63,762 bases of DNA, filler included, from 4 parts of 4 records of this genome joined end to end with filler, not necessarily neighbours in it, one strand, 5' to 3'. Positions 37,666-50,068 are shown, counted from the whole stretch's first letter. Made by a program: numbers and translations. Notes: generated by a model not told the origin, from the letters alone.

Positions 37666-39105
37666 TTAATAGCCTGGGTTTTGTGGCAATAGATTTGGAT
37701 TGGTCTCCAGTTCGGTCTCCGGGATAGGCAACAGCAAATCGGTAGGTCTCCAATTGGGCTTGATCAGGCCCAAAACCTGATCGGCCCTTCCGGATCGCTT
37801 TAGATCGAACCATCTATGGCCCTGTTCCGTAAAGAGCTCCACCCTACGTTCCTGAAAGATGGCATCCATGATAGTTTCTGGTGTATTGGCATTACTATCA
37901 GGAAGACCTGCTCTAGTTCGAAGGGCATTGATATCTGCCAAGGCACCATTTAAATCACCCAGGTATACCCGCGCTTCGGCACGGATCAGATATTGCTCGG
38001 CCGCCCTAAAATGAATGGAATATTCCAAGGACTGCGTCTCATTGATATCGGCCTTGTACTTGTGGGCGTAACGTAATGTGACGGTATTATCGGCATCGGA
38101 CACGCTGGAGACCCATTGATCTAAACGTCGATCCCCATTTTCAAACGCATCGAGTAGTTCGTTCGTAAGGGCATATCTCTGACCTGGAATTGCCTGTATG
38201 ATCAATTCGATGGCCTCTCGGGTATTTCTGATATTTTCAGCATCCGCTTTGAGCTGCCAGATGGTCTCAGAAGACCCCTTCAGGAACACTTGGCCCAAGT
38301 CCTGTTCCAATGGAAAGTCACTGATCAGTTCCGTGGACAGTGAAGCGGCATTATCCCATTCCCCCACATAGAGATACATCCGTGCCAATAGGGCCTTGGC
38401 CGTATGGACATCCACGTAAATACGTTCCGAAGAAATAGGCTCACTTTCCTCCAATAGTGCCAAGGCTGTTTCCAAATCGGTAATGAGATGATCGTATACG
38501 TCCGTGGTCGACAAACGTGCTATATCATTATTTGTCGTGTAATCCGTACTAGTGACATAGGGCACATCGCCGTAAATCGATACCAAGAGACTATGGATAT
38601 AGGCCCGGATAAAAAGGGCCTGCCCCTGATATAATCCTTTTTCTGCTTCAGTGAGGTCTTGGGATGCTTCCACGCCCAAAATGATATCATTGGCCCCGTA
38701 GATAAGTTGGTAGGCCTGGCTCCACCATGCCCTTATCAGCTCATTACCGACCAGTACGTTATGGTTGTACAATTGGGTATAATCGGAATTGAACCCATAA
38801 TAATCGAGTTCATCGGCATAGATGCCCATCGCGGTGGACAAACCAAAGGAACCTGATACCATACCTTGTTGGTCACGCATACCAAAGTAGAGCTGGGCCA
38901 AGGCGGATTCCACTGTAGCGGGATCTTCAAAAACGGTCTCTGCGATCAAGGTATTCTTGGGTGGTTCTACGCTTACAAAGTCCGAGCAACCGATAAGGGT
39001 CAATGCCATGGCCATAAGGCCCAGGGCACCTGACAAGGGGAAAGTAAGCCTGCGTTGGGGGCTACTGTCCACGTTTGTATATGTTGTTCTATTTATGATT
39101 TTCAT
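37666..39105 (-). CDS. RagB/SusD family lipoprotein
   Basis: Lipobox LIGC, 'YGDVPY', 'RAAEQYLIRAEA', 'ERRVELFTEQGHRWFDLKR', 'QNPGY'. Confidence 0.95.
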   Translation of the reverse strand: MKIINRTTYTNVDSSPQRRLTFPLSGALGLMAMALTLIGCSDFVSVEPPKNTLIAETVFEDPATVESALAQLYFGMRDQQGMVSGSFGLSTAMGIYADELDYYGFNSDYTQLYNHNVLVGNELIRAWWSQAYQLIYGANDIILGVEASQDLTEAEKGLYQGQALFIRAYIHSLLVSIYGDVPYVTSTDYTTNNDIARLSTTDVYDHLITDLETALALLEESEPISSERIYVDVHTAKALLARMYLYVGEWDNAASLSTELISDFPLEQDLGQVFLKGSSETIWQLKADAENIRNTREAIELIIQAIPGQRYALTNELLDAFENGDRRLDQWVSSVSDADNTVTLRYAHKYKADINETQSLEYSIHFRAAEQYLIRAEARVYLGDLNGALADINALRTRAGLPDSNANTPETIMDAIFQERRVELFTEQGHRWFDLKRSGRADQVLGLIKPNWRPTDLLLPIPETELETNPNLLPQNPGY

Positions 39106-39120
39106 GCTACTGATTTATGG

Positions 39121-42100
39121 TTAAAAACTGATTTGAAGTCCCAATGAGATCTGTCGCAAAGGGGGCAATCGCGTATTGGAGGGCTGTTCAGGATCGGGAC
39201 CCCTGTAATCGGTCAATGTCCAAAGGTTCTGTCCCTGTAGGTATACATTGACGTCCAATCCGTTCTCCAATGTGGGAATCTTGTAGTTGAGGGCTATGTT
39301 GCGTAAGCGTACAAAGGAAGCGTCCGATACGGCCGCATCGCTTTCCTGTTGGAATTCCCCCAATCCCCCAGTGGGGGCCAAGCCGCTATAGGCCCTTTGG
39401 ATATCCGTGACATCACCGGGCTCTTGCCAGCGGTCATATAGTTCCACGGGCACATTGCCCCTGAAACCGGGGGTCGATTGAAACCGCAGTGTATTATAGG
39501 CCCTTTGTTTTTTGAACTGGAAGAAAAAGTCCAAGGACAGGTTGCCCCAACTAAGTGAGTTGCCCAGTCCTCCATAGTATTGTGGGGCCAGGTCTTCGAT
39601 CCATTCCCGGTCTTCTGTGCTGGTGATGGCCCCATCGTCATTATAGTCCTCGAACTGGTAGGACCCTGTTTCGGGATCGACGCCCAAGGAATTATATAAT
39701 CGAACAATGGTCAAGGGTTCCCCAATGACATACCTATTGGCAAATGTGGAGGTCTCCAATCCATCAAATTCCACCAATCTGTTCTTGGGTATGGTCAGAT
39801 TGAACGTGGTGGACCATCTGAAGTTTTTGGAACGAACGTTGACCGTTTGAAGGTCGATTTCCCATCCCGTGTTTTCAACGAGGGCGTCAAAATTCCCGGT
39901 CAGTTCCGAAAAGCCCGTCGTGGCAGCCAAGGGTATGCCCACCAATTGATTGGAGGAACGGTTTCGGTACCAGACCGTATTGACCATCAAGCGATCTCTG
40001 AAGAATCCGAGTTCCAGGCCTGCCTCCAATTTTTGGTTCTCTTCCCAACCAAACTGCGGATTGAAGATGCCAGTAGGCTGCACCGTGGTGACCCCATCAT
40101 AATCATTTCCAGTAACGGTGTAGGTATCCAAGAACCGATAGTCCCCGACATTATCGCTCCCCGTGGTTCCATAACTGCCCCTTAGCTTTCCGAAGCTCAA
40201 CCATGATCCTTCCCCAAAAATAGGTTCTTCGGAAAATACCCAAGCTACGCCAAGTGCCCCGAAATTCCCGAACTGTCTGCCCGGACCGAATCGGGAGGAA
40301 CCGTCCCTTCGACCCGTCAGGTTAAGGATATACCGGTCCTGCAATTTCAGGTTGATGCGTCCAAAAAGGGCATTGTACTTGTATTCGCCATCCGCATCGG
40401 AAATGACCTCGATCCCACTGGCGGCCGCCATATTCTCGATCAATCCGTTATTGGGAAATCCAATCCCCCGCAAAACCAGTTGTTGGGTAGTTTCCTCTTG
40501 GAAGGTGGTACCCAAGAGCACATCCATGGATAGCCAACCCCAATCCTTTTTCCAGTTCAGTTGGGGCTCCACGATCCATGATTCCCTTTGGGAGGCATTG
40601 GTATTCAAATTGGAATAACTCTGGGGGGTGAGACCCATGCCTGGGTTCCTTGCCGAACTGGGCATGGTCCTGTAAGTGTCCAACCGATAATTGGTATACC
40701 CCAAACTGGATCTGAACTCCAGATTAGGGAGTAACTCATAAGATAAAACGGCATTGGATACCAAGGTATTGGATAGGGCCACATACCGTTCTTCCAAAGC
40801 GGCCAAAGGGTTGTCCCAGGTATTGTTTTCCCAATTGATGTTCCCTTCATCATCAAAAAGTCTAGGGGCATTGGGCTCCAAAGTGTAGGCTTCCGTTGTA
40901 AAATCGGTCGCTGGCAGCGTATTGTCCTCGTGGGTATAGCCCATGGAAAAATTCAACGTAAAACGTCCATTATCCGAACGATGTGACAAGTTACTGAGCA
41001 CATTGGCCCTTTGGTAGTTGCTGTCTCCGGGAAAGACCGTGGTCTCCTTCAAAAAGGCTCCACTGACCAAGAACTGGGTCCGATCACTGCCACCGGATAC
41101 CGACAGTTGCGCATTGTTACGGTAGGAGGTGCCTCCGATCAGTTCCCTTTGCCAATCGGTATAACGACTGTTGTCCCAGGATTTGATATCGGGCCATACA
41201 AAATCGAAGTCGGGATTTTCCAAAAAGGCCCCAAATCCATCATTGATAATGCCTTCCCTTCTTGTTTCCAGATACTGCTGGGTATCCATCAGGTCCAGAA
41301 AATTGGATACCTTACCAAAGGTTGTGGTTAGATGTGCATCAAAGCGGGTTTTCCCTGCCCTTCCTTTTTTGGTGGTGATCAATACCACCCCATTGGCCCC
41401 GCGGGAGCCATAGATGGCCGTGGCATCGGCATCCTTCAACACCTCAATGCTTTCGATATCGTTGGGATTGATGGCATTGAGCGGACTGATGTTCCCGCCA
41501 ACAATCTGGTTGGAGACCCTTGTGGAGCCCAAGGATTGGGAACCAAAAGGTACCCCATCCACTATGAACAGGGGATCAGTGGTCCCACTGAGAAAGTTGC
41601 GACCCCGTACTTCAACGGTAAATCCCCCTCCGGGCACACCGGTATTCTGGACGATATTGACCCCCGACATTTGGCCTTGCATGGCCGCCAAGGCGTTGCC
41701 CACGGGCTGTTTATCGATCACTGAAGCCTTTACCGTGGCTATGTTCCCAGTGCGCTCCCGCTCCGAGACCGAATAATAGCCCGCATTGAGCACTACTTCG
41801 CCCAATACCGTCACATCCTCTTCCATGGTAACGAGGACCTCTTCCCTACCCGCAATGGGAACGGTAAGGGTCTTAAAACCGATCATGGAAAAGATCAGGA
41901 CATCGGAAGGTCCTGCATTAATGGCAAAGGAACCGTCAAAATCGGACATGGTCCCGATATTCTTGGATTCCACCACAAGGTTCACCCCGGCCAGGGGATT
42001 CCCAGACGTATCGGTCACGGTGCCGGAAACGGTGGCCTGTGGTGGTTCCAAGAAAGTGCCCGCTTGCAGATTAAATGAAAGAAAGGGCATTAGAAAGACA

Positions 42101-42153
42101 TATAGGAGCACAGGCAGGATTCCCCTGCGCATGCATATTATTGAATGTTGCAT
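39121..42153 (-). CDS. SusC/RagA family TonB-dependent outer-membrane transporter
   Basis: Likely start MQHSII at 42153; 'DPLFIVDGVP', 'DIESIEVLKDADATAIYGSRGANGVVLITTK', 'RRDGSSRFG', C-terminal F. Confidence 0.96.
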   Translation of the reverse strand: MQHSIICMRRGILPVLLYVFLMPFLSFNLQAGTFLEPPQATVSGTVTDTSGNPLAGVNLVVESKNIGTMSDFDGSFAINAGPSDVLIFSMIGFKTLTVPIAGREEVLVTMEEDVTVLGEVVLNAGYYSVSERERTGNIATVKASVIDKQPVGNALAAMQGQMSGVNIVQNTGVPGGGFTVEVRGRNFLSGTTDPLFIVDGVPFGSQSLGSTRVSNQIVGGNISPLNAINPNDIESIEVLKDADATAIYGSRGANGVVLITTKKGRAGKTRFDAHLTTTFGKVSNFLDLMDTQQYLETRREGIINDGFGAFLENPDFDFVWPDIKSWDNSRYTDWQRELIGGTSYRNNAQLSVSGGSDRTQFLVSGAFLKETTVFPGDSNYQRANVLSNLSHRSDNGRFTLNFSMGYTHEDNTLPATDFTTEAYTLEPNAPRLFDDEGNINWENNTWDNPLAALEERYVALSNTLVSNAVLSYELLPNLEFRSSLGYTNYRLDTYRTMPSSARNPGMGLTPQSYSNLNTNASQRESWIVEPQLNWKKDWGWLSMDVLLGTTFQEETTQQLVLRGIGFPNNGLIENMAAASGIEVISDADGEYKYNALFGRINLKLQDRYILNLTGRRDGSSRFGPGRQFGNFGALGVAWVFSEEPIFGEGSWLSFGKLRGSYGTTGSDNVGDYRFLDTYTVTGNDYDGVTTVQPTGIFNPQFGWEENQKLEAGLELGFFRDRLMVNTVWYRNRSSNQLVGIPLAATTGFSELTGNFDALVENTGWEIDLQTVNVRSKNFRWSTTFNLTIPKNRLVEFDGLETSTFANRYVIGEPLTIVRLYNSLGVDPETGSYQFEDYNDDGAITSTEDREWIEDLAPQYYGGLGNSLSWGNLSLDFFFQFKKQRAYNTLRFQSTPGFRGNVPVELYDRWQEPGDVTDIQRAYSGLAPTGGLGEFQQESDAAVSDASFVRLRNIALNYKIPTLENGLDVNVYLQGQNLWTLTDYRGPDPEQPSNTRLPPLRQISLGLQISF

Positions 42154-42624
42154 AAATTGAGTTCTTTTAATTAAAGCGTTAGTTGTTCTATACACTGCCC
42201 CATAAGTCACGGAAAAGCCGTAACTTCCAACAAGGACATCAAGGTTCGGACAAAGGCCATCCTGCCCAGGTAAATGCATACCCAGAAATCGGATTCCTAA
42301 ACCAAAAAAACATGGTTTCGTGATCGGGCCGGTTGCCCTAAAAGTGTAGTCGTTGATTGTGGGACAAAAGGATGTCGTGAACCGGAAAAAATTAAACGTG
42401 TATCCCACAACCGTGGCCTTGGGATTAAACGGGGTTCTTTGGCTTCTTTTTAAACAGGATATCGAATACCGAGTGCGATGCCCCAAAAACAGGACAATAA
42501 CACGGTGTGAACCCTACAAAAAATAGCTGCCAAATGTTTCCCATAACCCAGTTGGTTGGGCGATGCCCCGAAAGGACCAAAGAAACCAAACGCTAAGAAG
42601 AAAGTTGTAATGTACCAATACACC

Positions 42625-42697
42625 AAAAAAAGGCGCGGAACTCAACTTATCAACCTGAGGTACTGGTATACCGTGCAACGATAAGAGAGCCCACGCC
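42625..42697 (-). promoter_or_regulatory. long nested hairpin with U-tract upstream of susC (terminator/attenuator candidate)
   Basis: Minus strand GGCGUGG..CUC.CUUAUC..GGUA-UACCAG-UACC..GAUAAG..GAG..CCGCGCC followed by U7. Confidence 0.55.
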
Positions 42698-42707
42698 CGG
42701 GTCGTGA

Positions 42708-42807
42708 NNNNNNNNNNNNNNNNNNNNNNNNNNNNNNNNNNNNNNNNNNNNTTAATTAATTAANNNNNNNNNNNNNNNNNNNNNNNNNNNNNNNNNNNNN
42801 NNNNNNN
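42708..42807. other. artificial contig spacer
   Basis: 44 N + TTAATTAATTAA + 44 N. Confidence 0.99.
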
Positions 42808-42861
42808 CAAACAAACAAACAAACAAACAAACAAACATAAACAAACAGACAAACAAACAAA
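42808..42861 (+). repeat. (CAAA)n microsatellite at contig start
   Basis: Tandem CAAA with CATAAA and CAGA interruptions. Confidence 0.95.
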
Positions 42862-43103
42862 GAATATACACAATGCACCCGATGATACCGGCCGGGCGGA
42901 GCTGCACTCCACGGCCTTGCCGAGCTATGCCGCGCCAGTAAGCACTATTCAGCGCCAGCTGCTCCTATAGGTCCTCCCGAATGCGACAACAATACATTCT
43001 ATGTACATGTAGCCTACATTATTTATCCCTGAATTCACTAGACGATTGGTACATGAGCGGGTTGGACTGCGTGTTGCATGCATGGCTGGCGCACCATACG
43101 CAG

Positions 43104-43992
43104 GGGTCCTGGCTCGGCTACTTTGATATCGACGGAGAGCGCATGTGGAGCATTTCCAAGTGCGGAGGTACGTCCGAAAATGTTTCAGAACCAATTGTTC
43201 GAATACTCTTTCGAAGTCCCAGTACAACAACAAGCTAAATGCAGTGTACAGTCGCACTCGGAAGGTACAGAATGCGCAAAGTAGCTGCACACTCTTATTC
43301 CCTTGCAGGTAGCTGGGCCACGTTCCGTCGCACGGAAACCACGCAGCGGAGCCCCCGCACAGCAGAAGTACCTGTCGTGCGAATCATCTGCCACAACACT
43401 AGACCCTGGAGTACCAACAACTTACATGTACATCTACTATGAAGGGCGACGGACAGAATATGTCGGCGACGCTCCGCATCCTCCGTATGAGCCGCCATCG
43501 TATCGCTTCCTACCAAAACTGCACCGCATCCATGGGTTTTCTGTCCGCGTCTCCTACCTCTGAGCAATCGGCGCTTGTTCCTTGCTGCACCACGCGAAAT
43601 TTTCGCCTCTCACAGACTTTGCGAAACCCATCCCTGTTGAACAACCGCTTCGCTCTGATTCGCGGTATCGAGAAGACCTCCAGTCGCTCATACGAGGGAA
43701 CAAAGATGAGGCACAAAAGGTACAAGTGCGCCGTTGCAAAGCACAGCCAAATGTCCTTCTGGCGAGCTGCACCTGTACGCGATTCGTCGCCCAGTGCGGG
43801 GGACCTGTGTCCCCTCCGCCTATTCCAAGCCAATTGAAGCGATCAGACTCGCACTAATGCGCGGTGACCATTGGTTCTTACGTACAAGCAATGGCGATGA
43901 TGCTGTGACACAACGATATGCAGGCAAAAGAACTTATCGAAAATGCCCAGCGCCGGGACGCACGGCTCCGCCAGAAAGCAATGCGCTCCTGA
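43104..43992 (+). CDS. oxysterol-binding protein (OSBP/ORP) family, last three exons
   Basis: GT-AG exons 43104-43167, 43616-43719, 43924-43992 join in frame to GSWLGYFDIDGERMW...PLRSDSRYREDLQSLIRGNKDEAQKAKELIENAQRRDARLR, the ORP C-terminal signature. Confidence 0.85.
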
Positions 43993-44231
43993 AATGACGA
44001 CAAGAGGGACATGCGCCAACGGATGCTTGCACAGCGCGCATCGTCATCACACAGGCAGCCACGCCGGTCTATACCTCTACACAACATCCCCTTTTATTGA
44101 ATACATGAACAGAATAGCATGCCGCATGTAACCGCAGAGCGAACGCTGGTGCACACAGCGCTTCGCCTGCTTCGCTACAGCAGTCCAAATGGTACACCGC
44201 GTCGTTCTCCTTCGTATCCAGTGCAAAAGCA

Positions 44232-47200
44232 TCAGCGCCCGCGTCTTCGGCGCCTCATAACATAGAAAAGCGGAATTCCAGAAAGAATAAAAAGAGATGC
44301 GATCGCACTTTGCCACGGTACCTGGAAAGGGAATCCACGTCGGGTGCACATAATCGAAACACTGCACTCAGCGAGGAAGCGCAACGCGTAGCCAAGCATG
44401 GTACGCGCACGCGCCACAAGAGAACGCGAGCAGAAAAGACCTTCAGGTCCTCTCACAGCAGCCAAAAAAAAAAAAGAGAGCAAGACCCTGGATGAGGCGC
44501 AACACCAACGAATAACAGATATCAACGCCATATGTTTTAATGCTGAGGCTGAACGACTGGGCTGAACGATTCGTGCCTTTCAACGCGAAACAAGCGCAAC
44601 CTACGCCAGTCTTGCGCACCCAAGGTCCTACCTGGGCAAACGTGTTGCCAGCAACCAAGACAGCACCCATCGCAAAGAGCATCGGGCTAAAAGGAACAAG
44701 CGGTGCCCGGAAGATGTGTCGATCACCGCTTTGAGACCGGTGCGCCTCCTCATTGCTTGTATGCTCCTCGCGTGCGCATTCCCCCGAGCTCCCGTCCTCG
44801 GCACCCATTTCGATGCCACCGTCCTCATCGCCACTAAAGAGAGGCCTGCGCGGTCACGGCACGCACAGACGAGAAAACACGGAACAGCAATAGAGTGCAC
44901 AAATGATTTTCTTCACCGACACTTCTTGTGATCAATGTATGGTTGCGATAAAACAGAGAACCGCGCGACATACGAGTACATGCGACGCGAGTGTCACCGA
45001 CGCACTCTTATCTGGCCGAGCGAGACTGCTCGCCCGCAGCGGTACACATGGGAGGGGGGGGGCGTATCTCCGCTGTAAGTGCGGTGATGCTGCGTCGTCT
45101 GTACCTGGCTTCGTGGTTAAGTCTGTGGATGAAGCAGCGCAATTGTTTGCAGCGCACAATCTACACACCACAACGGACGACGGTGCAGTACGCTCCCCTA
45201 GGGGCTCTGAGCACCAACTCGCCTGCAAAGCGGAGAAGCGTTCCGCTGCTTACCGACAGTCGTACCTAGCTTCGCGCGAACCACGCCGATCCATCTTGCG
45301 AAATTTGACAACGCATAGTGCGGCCAGTCCATAAAATATGTTTGCACCGAAGCCAAAGTAATCGACAAGTCGCGAAAAGTCGCCAACAAGGACAAGTCCG
45401 ATCGCCCATACGCATCCGACGCCAATGGCAACGCGAGGAGCCCCGCCCCGCGCAGTTCGGGCCAGTGCGGCTGGAAAGTACCCCTGCTTGGGGCGAAGGG
45501 AATGCAAACGTTAACATGAGCGCGGGCCTGACAAGCAAACCAAAGTACCTGCATACCATGCGAAGCGCCTGTGCAAAACCTCAACGCCAGTGCCTTGCAA
45601 CGCGATTCGCGTGTACAATTCATCCGGCAGCTCGACAGCAAAGGCAGCGTGCCCCGGCTGGGCGTGTCTCGCGGCGTCTTCGCGCGAACAGCGGAAACCG
45701 GCCACGCGCAAATACGCGGCTCGACCCCGTACCTTTTCCGCAGTCGCCTGATATAACCGCGAGCCTGTAAGAATGGAGCCATTCACCGTTCCCAGCGCCG
45801 ATATGGCGACAAGTACGGGAATAACCTTTGCGGCAGATTCGCCAATCAGCGCTCTTGCAGCCTGCACACCACCAAGCAGCGGTCCGATGCAGCGCAGAAA
45901 GTCAACGCACAATCAGAACCAGCGCACGCCCGACACCGGGCGTACTTGAAGGGCATGATCTGGTACCGCTCCGCGCCAAATCGTTTAGCAACTATATCGA
46001 TGAATTGATGTTTTGTCACACGGTGCTCAAGCTTCCTCTACTTGTAGAGATGGGGTGCCCTGCGAAAGGTTCGGCCAACGGAGCCGGGCGATCGCCTGCC
46101 GAGGACTGCGTGCAGCAACTCGCCGGTACGTTGGCTCTACGTACGTCTGTGGCAACGGCGGACGAATCCACCACTGCCGCAGGCCCGAGAAGCACTAAAT
46201 ACGCAATATTGACGAGGACATATGCCGCTGTAACAAACGTTACTCCCAGAAGAATGGCCAGGGGGAGATTCCGTTCCGGTCGAACAACCTGCACAATAGG
46301 CACCGCCACGATTTGCGCTTGAATGAGGCCACTGGTTTCCGGCACGGGGATACAATACCGGCGCGACCTGATTCGCAGGCATAGTGCACTATCGCACACC
46401 CCACTCACAACACTTGATCGCAGTGCTGTGGATGTAAATTGTTAGTCCGCATGGAATAGAAGTCCGCAATTATCCATCATCCATGAACCTACGATCCCGC
46501 GGCCCACGTCAGACCAGCTGTACAGGCACTGCGGGCAACACCGAAACGCATGGGCTACACTGCCCAATGCAATTTTTTTTCTGTCTTCGCATCCTCGTAC
46601 CCTCGCTGTCTTGCTTATCTGCATCCTTCTCGTCTGTACTCTGACATGGGAGTAGGACGCATACATATCTCCACTTTCCTTTCTCTTTCACAGCTTCAGC
46701 AGCCACGCGACAGGAAACGTCTACGGGGACAGGCACTGGCTACCCAGCAGGCTTCCGCTATACTCTTACACGCAATGATGCCCGCTGAACAAGGACAAGG
46801 TAGGCCATACCACGTCAAGGGCCTCTACCATTTCTACCATTCTTGTAGCATTACCGGCACAGTGCGCAAATGAGGCCTTCGCGGCGAGCTACACGGATTG
46901 CGCAAGCGCATGCCCAAGCCAATCGTGCCATGCGACTCTCTCACTATCGAGCACCACACCCGTCCAAACACACCGCACCCAGCGCGTTGTTCAGGTACGC
47001 CCACCCGTCAAATGCCCACAGCGCAGCAATAAGAGCATGTCCCACCTGCACGCGTAAGAGCCATCGCACAGAAAACGGGGCAAGCAGCAGCCCGTAAGAA
47101 GGTGCCCGCTAACAGATGCCAGCACATCAGCGCACGCGACCACCCTTCGGATGTGCAGCGGCAGCGTCGCCAAACGTATCGCACATGCGCGTATGATGCT

Positions 47201-48962
47201 GCCAAGCATGCACATCCCAGTCCCGAAAGACGACACTGCACGCAGCTAACGGTGCAGTAGCAGCATGCGGCCAGCCGTCCACAGGTCCAGTACGCACCTG
47301 GGACGCGTCCGTGCTTGCGACGGGCTGGAACCCGGCTGAAAAGGTTCCGTGCGTGGATCCTCCCACAGCGATGTGTATCAACGCGCCAACAACAAGGAAT
47401 ACAAGACAGGCAACCTTGACAAACGTTGCTGCAACCTTGAAACGCAGAGAAACGCACGAGTTCTCGGACGTCGGCGCTCGTGTCAGCCCAAAACGTTTAC
47501 CAGCTCGCAAGAAATGCGCGACGCCACGCATCGTTTCGCGCCATTTACCTTGACCTCTGCATACTCTTTTCATAGCCAAGCGATGCCATGGAACACTGAA
47601 TTGCGCATCAACGCTGCGTTTCGATACACTGAGATACCAAAAAAGAAAGACTATCGACGATCAATGCATTGCTAGGCTAAAAAAATATAGCAAAGAGGCA
47701 CGCCATGACAGTGGGTCCGCCGCACTCGCGCAGTGAGGAAGCGCAAACACACCTGGATGTTCCCGGCAAACCGAGTCCCCTGCCCATTTGCAACGGACAG
47801 AATAACCAGAAGGACGATAGCCAGCGCTTTCACACGCAAATCACCATCACTGGAACTGCCATCTGCATTAAAATTTGGCAGAAAAGCCTCGGCCAAATAC
47901 CGCGCAAATATGATCGATGCGATGGCCTGGACGAAGGAGCAGCGAGCGGCAAGCAAACGCACGCTGGCACAGGTTGGCGCTCCCGAGTGCAAACTTGCGT
48001 CATTCGCTCACCGCGCCAAATGCCAGATGTCGCACGGCGTAATATCCGAGTACAAGTTAGGAACCTTGCTGTCTCTGATGCATTTCTTTCGCAACGCAAA
48101 AGGGAGCTCAGTTTGTGCATACGGCCTCACACAAACAGTGCCTGCACTGCCACCCACTCCAGGGACGAGCTCTCTCCAATCACAACAGGCGCGACAGCGC
48201 CGCGCACCTGCGATCCTGGCCGGAGAACCGTCAGTTGCGTCCACGAAAACACAAACGCAGTGCACTCGCCGTATCCCTCACGAATGTAAAGATAATCGCC
48301 TCCATTTGCTGGATCGCGAGTCCCCAGCTCGGCATAACAGAGCGCGCCCACCAGGGAATACACGCCTGCAGGCGCGCACAGTGCCCGAACACGCGCGCGC
48401 GCGCTTATGTCTTGCGTGGACTTTCGCCCAAGAGCAACGGCTGCTCGACGCGCTACGCAGCACTACCAAGCCCGCACCGAAGCACCAAAACCAATACTTC
48501 TCCCCGGAACCCGCCCCGTTCCATGAAGCACTGCGAAACAGCAACGCACCTGCTGCAACCCACACCAGGAAGCTTCCGCCCACGCTGCCGGACTCGCGAA
48601 GCACACGCCCAGGCGATGCGAAGATGCCGGAGCCGATGACAATGCCCACAATCACCGAAACGCAGTGGATAAGCGTCAGGGAGCGGCGCTGGACAACCAC
48701 TACGCACGGGCGGACAAGCGAGCGTACGCGCGCATGCGTGGCCGCAGAAAAAAACATAAGGAATTTTTTTTTTGTAAGGACCAATAGCGGTGCCTAAGAT
48801 GTGACTTAAAATAGACAGCAGAACGTAGCCAATAGTAGCAAAAAGGAGAGCTAGAACAGCAGAAAAGAGCACGCCGGTGGGCTTACCCCGCGACAAAGAC
48901 AGCGACGCGAGCAAAGTCCCGGCAGTTTCGCATCCCGCACCTGAGCCGTTTGCCTCGGGCAT
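44232..48962 (-). CDS. SLC7/LAT-type amino acid permease (APC family), about 9-10 exons
   Basis: Exon peptides 'IVGIVIGSGIFASPG', 'GALCYAELGT..P.NGGDYLY', 'ALWAFDGW', 'PERNLPLAI', 'NGSILTGSRL', 'GYFP', 'FRAPL', 'SGIPLFY' flanked by GT/AG. First exon uncertain. Confidence 0.88.
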
Positions 48963-50068
48963 GAGAGCCGCCGCCCAAGAGCGAATGCGAACACCAGCTT
49001 CTCGTTACACACACGCAACAGTGCTTCCAAATATAATTTCGACTTGTACCGCACCAAGTGCACTGTCGTGCGTGCACTTCCCTGCTCGCCCCTCACCCGA
49101 GAGGTCAAGGAAAAGTGTGCTGGGCTCTGCCACACCTGTCGAACGCGCAGAGTCGCTCCACCTGCTCGACAGAAAGTTTCCAGACCATAAATATTTCCTT
49201 ACCCCTATCACAAGCGTGGCCAGAATCGAAGAAATCCACCAGGGTTTTTGTCGTAAACCCCCACCAGCTGGATCCACACCTCGCCCGCGGACGAGACTCT
49301 CCCGTCGCTTTTCCAGCGGCAGCACGACCGAAGCGCTGCAGACCCCTTCGGTCGGCGCTGGCGCACACCGTTTGCACCGTCGCTCCTTTCCCATATCCAA
49401 TCGCAATGGTGTACGAAAGGATGTGGTAGGCGTAAGATGAAATAAGAGTACCGGGATTGTGGCACGAGCGAGCCCAGCAGTTGTGCTACGCGCTCGCTCC
49501 ACAGCCGCGCGACCCTGCAATTGCTACGCTGCTCGTGCGGTGCGGCTTCTTGTAGTGCAATCCTTCACTGGCTGCTACAGACGAGCTTTCACAACGGAGA
49601 ACACTCCTTCACGCTCCCTCGATTGCAGTCTGGCATAGCATCCGCTTTCCAAGCGAGGTACCGCTGTGTGCCAAGCGTCGTCAGGGCGAGCGAATGCTAC
49701 TTCTCACGTCGCCAGGGGAAATGCTCAACCGCCCGCGCATATGCTAACTCGCAAACATAGCCCATACCAAATGCGCAGTACGCATGACAGCTACCGCATA
49801 GTGTCGACGGTATGGCAGCGCAACACCGCTGTCCTCTTCTCATGAGATGCATTCCGACGCAGGTGCCACAGTGGCAGTCGCCCCCCTGTCCAGCCCCACC
49901 CAAGCGCTGTCAGTTTTATGGATATTGTATTCGAAAGCACTTTTCTCTGCGCCCATTCCCCATTCCTTTTGCGCTCAGCTCTCGGCCGTGCTCGCCGTAA
50001 AGAGGCGCACAGTGAGGACTTGTACGCCGGAACGGGCAAAAAGGGATGCATAACGCATAGCTGCTTGC

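Larger units (their letters stand above)
21686..42707. mobile_element. Bacteroidota integrative conjugative element (CTn-like), one end plus cargo; other end not in contig
   Basis: tra cluster, excisionase-like HTH, RteC and a candidate att site. Integrase, relaxase and coupling protein are not present in this contig. Confidence 0.8.

Noticed and set aside
42154-42486. 111-aa N-terminal extension of SusC in the ORF track
   Set aside because: A normal signal peptide follows the ATG at 42153, so the extension is probably untranslated leader.
42808-42861. (CAAA)n as a telomere or CRISPR-like array
   Set aside because: Simple imperfect microsatellite upstream of an internal OSBP exon, so probably intronic; no spacers.
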